Part shown: piece by piece, positions 37,673 through 43,616 of the stretch
Layout: each line of letters opens with the position of its first letter
Numbering within the stretch: position 1 is the first letter of the stretch
Virus record (IMG/VR): IMGVR_UViG_3300032219_003129
Location: 1 to 43,616 of that record
Strand: one strand, 5' to 3'
Length of the DNA stretch: 43,616 nucleotides
Source of the DNA: a virus
Lineage: Duplodnaviria; Caudoviricetes
The notes under the pieces: generated by a model
What the model saw: only the letters and a program-made list of their open reading frames with translations
Told to the model about the DNA's origin: nothing
Database searches by the model: none
Translations under genes and position numbers: made by a program

Positions 37673-37995
37673 TGAATATATCAAACTTAACTTTAGATCA
37701 TTTAAAATTATTAGCAACCCCTGTTAATATCCCTGGTATAAACCAGTTAAATGTTAATTTACCTTTGCCTACTAATAGTTTACTTCAATTAAATTTAAAT
37801 AGTGAATTTGTTGAGAGAGACTTTAGGGAGTATAAAAATAATATATTAAAACAATTTGGAAATGTTTCTATTACTCTAAATCCCTCAGGTGAGTGGTATA
37901 ATAAAATTATCGTTAATGATGAGGATTTTGAAACTAAAAGACAAGAAGCTTCTCAACGCACAATGAATGCTTTAGAAGGATTGCACAAAGATTAA
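37672..37995 (+). CDS. Hypothetical protein
   Basis: 107 aa, GTG start overlapping the upstream stop. Confidence 0.6.
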   Translation: MNISNLTLDHLKLLATPVNIPGINQLNVNLPLPTNSLLQLNLNSEFVERDFREYKNNILKQFGNVSITLNPSGEWYNKIIVNDEDFETKRQEASQRTMNALEGLHKD

Positions 37996-38003
37996 TGAAA
38001 AAT

Positions 38004-38034
38004 TTGGATTCCTGAAATCCTGTTCGTACATTTA
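38004..38034 (+). promoter_or_regulatory. Class I promoter with GGATT/AATCC stem
   Basis: TTGG-ATTCCTGAAATCCTGT-TCGTACATTTA-CAAGGTAAGA. Confidence 0.78.
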
Positions 38035-38077
38035 CAAGGTAAGATTGATAAGGAAATATTAATTAAAAATAAAGGTT

Positions 38078-38317
38078 ATGATTTCAAATGTTGATTATTT
38101 AATTCAAAAGTATGCTGAGGCAGTTGAGAAGATCAATAATGCACAAGGCGATAGAGATTACAGAAACTATTGGAACGGTATCAAAGATGCTTACCACAAT
38201 ATGTTGAACGAAGCTTTCGAGGGTTGGGCTGCTCCCAATACAACAGGTTACTATGTGTTTATTGAACAAATGAGTTACGATGAAGCACTTAACCAAGTTA
38301 CAGGAATTTTAAAATAA
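38078..38317 (+). CDS. Hypothetical protein
   Basis: 79 aa, AAGGTTATG start. Confidence 0.7.
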   Translation: MISNVDYLIQKYAEAVEKINNAQGDRDYRNYWNGIKDAYHNMLNEAFEGWAAPNTTGYYVFIEQMSYDEALNQVTGILK

Positions 38318-38333
38318 ATTAAAAATAAAAGTT

Positions 38334-38549
38334 ATGTTAAAAGAAGCAATTGAATTATTAAGTAAGTTTGGATTAGTAGATGGAAATTCATTACCAGACT
38401 CAACACCAGGTCATATGTACCAATTCAGATCAAGTTCACCTAACTTAATTGTACCTGCTCCGGGAATGAAAACAACTATATCAGGGTTTTTAAAGGATAA
38501 TGGTTTCACAGTTAAACCAATGGGTACAATGTTAAAAATTAGTAAATAA
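38334..38549 (+). CDS. Hypothetical protein
   Basis: 71 aa, AATAAAAGTTATG start. Confidence 0.7.
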   Translation: MLKEAIELLSKFGLVDGNSLPDSTPGHMYQFRSSSPNLIVPAPGMKTTISGFLKDNGFTVKPMGTMLKISK

Positions 38550-38557
38550 TAAAAGTT

Positions 38558-38752
38558 ATGAGTAAAAGTGATGTAAAACGTATCCAAACTACATTGGAGA
38601 TAGTAACAGATAATTTAGATACTTTAGTAAATGAACTACTACCAGACAGTGATAATGCTAAAGAATTAGTAAATCATTTATATGAAGTGATTAGTGATGT
38701 GTGTAGTGTATTAGAAAACGAAATTCAAATAAAAAATAATCTTTCAAAATAA
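38558..38752 (+). CDS. Hypothetical protein
   Basis: 64 aa, AATAAAAGTTATG start. Confidence 0.7.
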   Translation: MSKSDVKRIQTTLEIVTDNLDTLVNELLPDSDNAKELVNHLYEVISDVCSVLENEIQIKNNLSK

Positions 38753-38757
38753 AAGTT

Positions 38758-38823
38758 ATGATGTTTTTAGTTATATTAGGAATTGTTTTTTTATTAATTA
38801 ATCAAAATCAAATCAATGAGTAA
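38758..38823 (+). CDS. 21-aa hydrophobic peptide
   Basis: MMFLVILGIVFLLINQNQINE with the AATAAAAGTTATG start context. Confidence 0.4.
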   Translation: MMFLVILGIVFLLINQNQINE

Positions 38824-39100
38824 AGCCTTTTCAACACACGTAGAGAAAGATATAAACCATGATGGTTTCCAAATAACATTTGCTAATGGTTGTACTATTA
38901 GTGTAATGTTTGGTAAATACACTTACAGTGATAGTGGAGAAACAACAGCTGAGGTTGCTGCTTTTCACCCAAATGGGAATTGGATGTATCATCAAGAAGG
39001 TGATTGGATTGAAATCCCAGGTGGTGATTCAGAGATAATGCCTCGCCGAACTTCAGATGAAGTAGCGGAATTAATTTACACACTTAGCCAATACAAATAA
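38816..39100 (+). CDS. Hypothetical phage protein
   Basis: 'GFQITFANGCTISV...TAEVA' pattern. Confidence 0.7.
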   Translation: MSKAFSTHVEKDINHDGFQITFANGCTISVMFGKYTYSDSGETTAEVAAFHPNGNWMYHQEGDWIEIPGGDSEIMPRRTSDEVAELIYTLSQYK

Positions 39101-39103
39101 GTT

Positions 39104-39499
39104 ATGAATCTACAGAATTTAAGTAAAGACGAATTACTAAACCTACGAGACTTAATCAATAAAGTCCTTGAACAACCAAAAGAAAAGGATGTTGATGATA
39201 TGATTAAAGATATCATGGGTGAGTTTGAATTTGATAAAGTATATGAAGCAATGGATGCTTTGGATTGGCGATGGAGAGAAGAAATACCATCAATATATGA
39301 TTTACGAAAAACAGCAGAACGTTTATTGCGAGGTGCAGCGGCAAGTAGATTGGGTGCTTGGAAGGATACTCATCATGAAGTACCAATTTTAAATGCTACA
39401 GGTGGATTTAAAGCTAAAGCATATTGTGATGAAGATAAAACTAAAATTATAAGACTAGAACTTGAGTTTATAGTTACAAGTTGGGATTCAGAAATTTAA
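39104..39499 (+). CDS. Hypothetical phage protein
   Basis: 'FEFDKVYEAMDALDWRW...TGGFKA' pattern. Confidence 0.72.
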   Translation: MNLQNLSKDELLNLRDLINKVLEQPKEKDVDDMIKDIMGEFEFDKVYEAMDALDWRWREEIPSIYDLRKTAERLLRGAAASRLGAWKDTHHEVPILNATGGFKAKAYCDEDKTKIIRLELEFIVTSWDSEI

Positions 39500-39506
39500 A
39501 AATAAT

Positions 39507-39746
39507 ATGAAAGAGTACATTATACACGACTATCACCCAGGAGATGAATGGGTTACAATTCAAGTAAATGATATTTTTAATAATCCTCATTATTTTGATG
39601 TTAAAGTTATTGATTTATCTGCTTATGAAGATGGAGCATTAATTCAAGACTCATTTCCATATTTAACAAGTGAGCAGAGAGAGCTGATGTTAACAGGGAT
39701 CAGTGATGAAATGTGGGACGGAATGTTTGGTGATGAGGAAGAATGA
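39507..39746 (+). CDS. Hypothetical phage protein
   Basis: 'LIQDSFPYLTSEQRELMLTGI...WD' pattern. Confidence 0.72.
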   Translation: MKEYIIHDYHPGDEWVTIQVNDIFNNPHYFDVKVIDLSAYEDGALIQDSFPYLTSEQRELMLTGISDEMWDGMFGDEEE

Positions 39747-39768
39747 TTGAAAGCGTCATATCAAAAAT

Positions 39769-39799
39769 TTGGAGGGGCGAATGCCCCTTCGTAGATTTA
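39769..39799 (+). promoter_or_regulatory. Class I promoter with GCGAATGC hairpin spacer
   Basis: TTGG-AGGGGCGAATGCCCCT-TCGTAGATTTA-TAGGGTAAGA. Confidence 0.8.
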
Positions 39800-39847
39800 T
39801 AGGGTAAGATTGATGCGAGAAACAATTAAAAACCAAAAATAAGAGTT

Positions 39848-40579
39848 ATGAAAAATGTAGGACAACAATTAGATTTATTTGCAGGTGTATTATTTACTGA
39901 AGAGCAAGAGCAAATGATTGCTGAGTACAAAGAGCGTTGTGCAAAAAATGCTTTGTATTATAAAAATCAAAATGAGCGTCTTGAGCAATTGTTGCTTGAT
40001 AATGGTTTTGTTAAGGATGTTAATTTTGTAAATAAATTTAAAATTAAAACCGAAACTAGAGAAGTATCATTAGGTAGTGATTATAGAAACAATCGTTTTG
40101 AAACTGAAGTTACATATGAAACATATGAAGGTGATCTTCGTCTTAAAGGTTTCTCATTTTATAATGGTAATCTTGAACAAAAAGAATTCCCAATTGATAT
40201 AGAGAAAGATAAAGTTCAATGTATTGCAATTCAAGATCAATATCGTTACCTTAAACCAGCTACATTGTTAGAGAAATTAACTCAACACAATGCTCGTCAA
40301 GTAGAAAATTATGAGTTATACGTTAAGAAAAATGCATTGAAACTTGAAATTACTAAAAAATATAAAGCATTATATCCAAATGCAACAGTTGAAATAAAAC
40401 AAGAATACAGCAGATATAGTGGAACATTTGATGTACTTGAAGTTAAATTCGAATCAGGTAGTTATGTTCAATTTCAATTGAATACTTACAGAAATGAAGA
40501 GATATTTTACAAAAAATATGATGCTCAATTTGAACAAATGAGTGTTGAGGAAGTATTAAATAAATTTTCAAATCAGTAA
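39848..40579 (+). CDS. Hypothetical early protein with N-terminal QLDLF motif
   Basis: MKNVGQQLDLFAG...; 243 aa. Confidence 0.8.
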   Translation: MKNVGQQLDLFAGVLFTEEQEQMIAEYKERCAKNALYYKNQNERLEQLLLDNGFVKDVNFVNKFKIKTETREVSLGSDYRNNRFETEVTYETYEGDLRLKGFSFYNGNLEQKEFPIDIEKDKVQCIAIQDQYRYLKPATLLEKLTQHNARQVENYELYVKKNALKLEITKKYKALYPNATVEIKQEYSRYSGTFDVLEVKFESGSYVQFQLNTYRNEEIFYKKYDAQFEQMSVEEVLNKFSNQ

Positions 40580-40605
40580 TTACAAACCTTTAAATAACAA
40601 AAACA

Positions 40606-41124
40606 ATGAGTATAGTAAGGTTTATAGCAGACTTACATCTATCCCACCAAAACATGGCTACGCGACGTGGATTCTCTAGTGTAGAGGAACATGATGAACA
40701 TATTATTGCTAAATGGAATGATGTTGTAAGTAAACGAGATGTTACCTATATCTTAGGTGATGTCACAATGGAAAAGAAGTCACCTTATGCCTTGTTGGAT
40801 AAATTAAATGGACGAAAACACGTAGTAATGGGAAACCACGATCGTCGACAAGATGTTGAGGCATTACTTAAACATGTTGATAGTGTAGCTGGAATGGTAC
40901 AATACAAAGGTATAATATTAACACATTGTCCTATACATCCAATGGAGCTTGATTATCGATTTCCAAAAAATATACATGGACATATTCATGATAAAGTAGT
41001 GACAAAAGATATATATGAATATGGTTATAAAGTAAACCCAATACCAGATGAAAGATATATTTGTGTTTCATGTGAGCGAGTAGATTATACACCTCGCACA
41101 TTAGAAGAATTACTTAATAAATAA
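40606..41124 (+). CDS. Calcineurin-like metallophosphoesterase
   Basis: 'ADLHLSH', 'LGDV', 'GNHD', 'THCP' and 'HGHIH'. Confidence 0.9.
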   Translation: MSIVRFIADLHLSHQNMATRRGFSSVEEHDEHIIAKWNDVVSKRDVTYILGDVTMEKKSPYALLDKLNGRKHVVMGNHDRRQDVEALLKHVDSVAGMVQYKGIILTHCPIHPMELDYRFPKNIHGHIHDKVVTKDIYEYGYKVNPIPDERYICVSCERVDYTPRTLEELLNK

Positions 41125-41128
41125 GATA

Positions 41129-41428
41129 ATGATAGATCCTAGAGAAAAAGCAAATAATTTAGTTAATAGATACTATTACACGTTACCAAATAATGGTGAA
41201 TTGAGTAGTGGAATTAATAGTTGTGAATCAAGATACAATGAGGCAATACAATGTGCTTTGATTGCCGTTGATGAGATTATCATGCATGTACTTCCAAGGT
41301 ATCAGGATTTTACATTTGGGATTTACTGGGAAGAAGTAAAACAATGGATTCAGAAAATTAAAGATAAAGAACCAGGTGCTCAGTGGACAATAGAGGATAT
41401 GAAAAAAACAATAACAGTAAATAAATAA
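41129..41428 (+). CDS. Hypothetical protein
   Basis: 'PREKA...AIQCALIAVDEII...YWEEVK' pattern. Confidence 0.72.
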   Translation: MIDPREKANNLVNRYYYTLPNNGELSSGINSCESRYNEAIQCALIAVDEIIMHVLPRYQDFTFGIYWEEVKQWIQKIKDKEPGAQWTIEDMKKTITVNK

Positions 41429-41431
41429 ATT

Positions 41432-41818
41432 ATGATTAAATATTATTTCGATTTAGACAAAGTATCATCAATTTCCTATAAATTAGAGGAAAAAAGTGGT
41501 TATAAATGGTGTGATGAAGTTAAACCTCAACCTAGATATTTTTTAGGGATTCCAATTGGTCAAACAAAAGGAAAACCAGCAGGTTGGGAGTATGAAGATG
41601 ATGATTATAGAAGAGCTACTTCATATTTTGATGATTACAAATCATACAAAGTAGATTTAGTAAATAAAAAAGTAACCATCAGACCTAGAGTAACAGTATT
41701 TTTAGGTTACAAAGATTGTTATACGAATTATTTTGATACAGATCAAGAAGCAGATTTATATGTAAAGCGTTTGATTGACAAATCAACAAAGAATTTCCAA
41801 GTAATAATTGAAAAATAA
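41432..41818 (+). CDS. Hypothetical protein
   Basis: 128 aa. Confidence 0.7.
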   Translation: MIKYYFDLDKVSSISYKLEEKSGYKWCDEVKPQPRYFLGIPIGQTKGKPAGWEYEDDDYRRATSYFDDYKSYKVDLVNKKVTIRPRVTVFLGYKDCYTNYFDTDQEADLYVKRLIDKSTKNFQVIIEK

Positions 41819-41819
41819 G

Positions 41820-42020
41820 ATGATAGGATTATTTGAAATGATAGATGATGCATTTGCTCAAACATTAGGTGTTGATTTAGAAACCTATGTTGATGTGATT
41901 GAGAACAAATGTACATTAGAGGAAGCCGATTTTATTATTAGCAACCTATTCAATGAAGAAGATATTGAGGAAGCAAAACAATTATTTAATAGTAAGATAA
42001 ATGGCGAAGAGATTAAATAG
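41820..42020 (+). CDS. Acidic hypothetical protein
   Basis: ATG 41820 preferred over TTG 41808. Confidence 0.6.
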   Translation: MIGLFEMIDDAFAQTLGVDLETYVDVIENKCTLEEADFIISNLFNEEDIEEAKQLFNSKINGEEIK

Positions 42021-42291
42021 AGAACAAAAAATGGAAAAATCCGTTGAAGATCTAATCAATGAGATGTTTCGTATTGCAGGCCATGAAGTAACCTTTGATG
42101 ATATTAAAGGTCGTCAAGATGATTGGTATACTCAATGGACTATGACAATGGCTCAAAATGAAGAATGGCAATTGTGGGGTAAGAAATACCTACAAAAAAC
42201 ATTCCGCACACCTGCTATAATGGCTGAACGTGAGATGCAATGGTTTTCCTTAAAGTATGGATTAAAATTTTCAGATTATCCCGAATTATAA
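42001..42291 (+). CDS. Hypothetical protein
   Basis: 96 aa, Trp-rich. Confidence 0.7.
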   Translation: MAKRLNREQKMEKSVEDLINEMFRIAGHEVTFDDIKGRQDDWYTQWTMTMAQNEEWQLWGKKYLQKTFRTPAIMAEREMQWFSLKYGLKFSDYPEL

Positions 42292-42299
42292 TTAAAATT

Positions 42300-42518
42300 A
42301 TGAAAGAAAAACAAACAAACGAAGGATTAGGATTAGGAGGAATACTCTTCCTTATATTCCTAACATTAAAGCTAGCTGAAATTGGACCAGTGCAGTATTG
42401 GTCATGGTGGTGGGTTACATCTCCACTATGGATACCACTTATTATAGTAATATTAATTGCTATTGGAGTTGGAGCTGTTGAATATAACCATTACAACCGA
42501 AAAAAAAGGAAAAAATAA
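42300..42518 (+). CDS. Small two-TM membrane protein
   Basis: 'LFLIFLTLKL...WSWWWVTSPLWIP', a pattern recalled from phage membrane proteins; ATG 42300. Confidence 0.75.
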   Translation: MKEKQTNEGLGLGGILFLIFLTLKLAEIGPVQYWSWWWVTSPLWIPLIIVILIAIGVGAVEYNHYNRKKRKK

Positions 42519-42520
42519 AT

Positions 42521-42551
42521 TTGGATTTCTGAAAGAAATTTCGTATATTCA
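42521..42551 (+). promoter_or_regulatory. Class I promoter with ATTTCT-GAA-AGAAAT hairpin spacer
   Basis: TTGG-ATTTCTGAAAGAAATT-TCGTATATTCA. Confidence 0.75.
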
Positions 42552-42566
42552 CCCAAATAAAAAGTT

Positions 42567-43616
42567 ATGAAAAATCAAAACAGTGTTTGTTACGTAGGAA
42601 GAGTAACAGAAATTAAAGTAATTGAAGGTGCTGATAATATTGAACAAGTAGTAGTAGGTGGATGGAATGCTATCATTAAAAAAGGAGCACAAACCGTAGG
42701 TGAACTAGTTGTAGTTATGACTACAGATGCAGTTGTTCCTTTAGAGATATCAGATGAAATTGGTGTAACCAATTATTTACGTAAAGGTCAACGTGTAAGA
42801 ACAGTTAAGTTACGTGGTGTTTATTCTGAATGTTTGATTGTTTCATTAGATAGCTTACCTCAAATGAAAGAACAATATGCAACTGGTATTGGTTATTACT
42901 GGGATGAAGGTGAGGATTTAATGGAGAAGTTAGGTGTATTTAAATACGAACCACCTACACGCCAAGTACAATTAGCTTCAGGTAGAAAGATCCGTTATCA
43001 AGATAATCCAAACTTTGGAATCTATTACAAGTTCCCTAACTTGAAAAACGTAGCTGGTATGTTTACAGAGGAAGACAATGTACAAATCACTCGTAAACTC
43101 CATGGCACAAATGCTCGTTATGGTATTGTTAAGAAGTCTAAGTTGTCGATCTGGGATAAGGTGAAAAAGTTCTTTGGTAATGAATGGGCCGGATATGAAT
43201 ATGTTTATGGTTCACACAACGTAGAGAAAGGATCTGATTCACAAGGGTTCTACGATACTGATGTTTGGAGAACTGTTGCTGAGAAACTTAATATTAAGAA
43301 TAGACTTTGGGGGCTTGCAAAAGAGCAGGGTACTGCAATGATTGGTGAAGGTATTATTATTTACGGAGAAATCTATGGAGCAGGAATCCAAAAGAACTAT
43401 GATTATGGTTTAAAAGATATTGAATTTGCTGGTTTTGATGTGGTTATTGATGGACGTTATGAAAATGTATTTTATACGGAACATGTATTTAACATATTAG
43501 ATTTACCTCATGTTCCCGTTTTATATATTGGGTCATGGTCACAAGAAATTCAAGACCAATATGTGTTCAACAATTTCATTGAAGGAACTAAAGTACCACA
43601 TGAAGGAATTGTAATC
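42567..43616 (+). CDS. RNA ligase, DRB0094/Rnl5-like (3'-truncated; absent from ORF track)
   Basis: Open frame MKNQNSVCYVGRVTEIKVIEGADNIE...RVRTVKLRGVYSECL...; motif I 'ITRKLHGTN', 'YGEIYGAGIQ', 'FAGFDV' and 'PHEGIV'. Confidence 0.9.
   Translation, partial: MKNQNSVCYVGRVTEIKVIEGADNIEQVVVGGWNAIIKKGAQTVGELVVVMTTDAVVPLEISDEIGVTNYLRKGQRVRTVKLRGVYSECLIVSLDSLPQMKEQYATGIGYYWDEGEDLMEKLGVFKYEPPTRQVQLASGRKIRYQDNPNFGIYYKFPNLKNVAGMFTEEDNVQITRKLHGTNARYGIVKKSKLSIWDKVKKFFGNEWAGYEYVYGSHNVEKGSDSQGFYDTDVWRTVAEKLNIKNRLWGLAKEQGTAMIGEGIIIYGEIYGAGIQKNYDYGLKDIEFAGFDVVIDGRYENVFYTEHVFNILDLPHVPVLYIGSWSQEIQDQYVFNNFIEGTKVPHEGIVI

Noticed and set aside
27806-39799. Repeated GGAGGGGCGAAAGCCCCTTC as CRISPR repeats, REP elements or plain terminators
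   Set aside because: Copies are kilobases apart with no spacer periodicity, have no T-tract, and always sit in register between two promoter boxes.

Overview
A 43.6 kb AT-rich, densely coding segment of a large (T4-like/jumbo) dsDNA phage. Essentially all real genes are on the + strand, with the standard genetic code. The promoter architecture (TTG-N20-TAnATTT) and A-rich leaders without a Shine-Dalgarno suggest a Bacteroidota host (inference). The window has three blocks. (1) 1-7.8 kb is a replication/chaperone core: PolB C-terminus, sliding clamp, Hsp20-GroES-GroEL, two clamp-loader subunits, a DUF1599/Nmad1-like protein and an Fe-S PD-(D/E)XK nuclease. (2) 7.8-25.5 kb is a ~17.7 kb glycan synthesis/transfer island: GT4 x2, GT2, GT10, RmlB, RmlC x2, SDRs, split transketolase, B12 radical SAM, ColD/E1-type dehydratase, methyltransferases, MTA/SAH nucleosidase and an HldA-like kinase. 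(3) 25.5-43.6 kb is an accessory/early region of small ORFs plus thyA, a thioesterase, two metallophosphoesterases and a DRB0094-type RNA ligase, punctuated by a repeated fixed-spacing promoter. Best leads: two acidic proteins share a 26-aa leader under purifying selection that ends in a prohead-protease-type L/I-x-E site (candidate capsid-targeted cargo system); several promoters carry a hairpin in their spacer, including the ultrastable GCGAAAGC mini-hairpin; a long-range inverted repeat brackets hsp20 and competes with local structures upstream of groES-groEL; the phage may encode a branched/deoxy-sugar pathway; and an early protein carries a perfect QLDLF beta-clamp motif. All family assignments come from motif recognition by eye; no searches were run.
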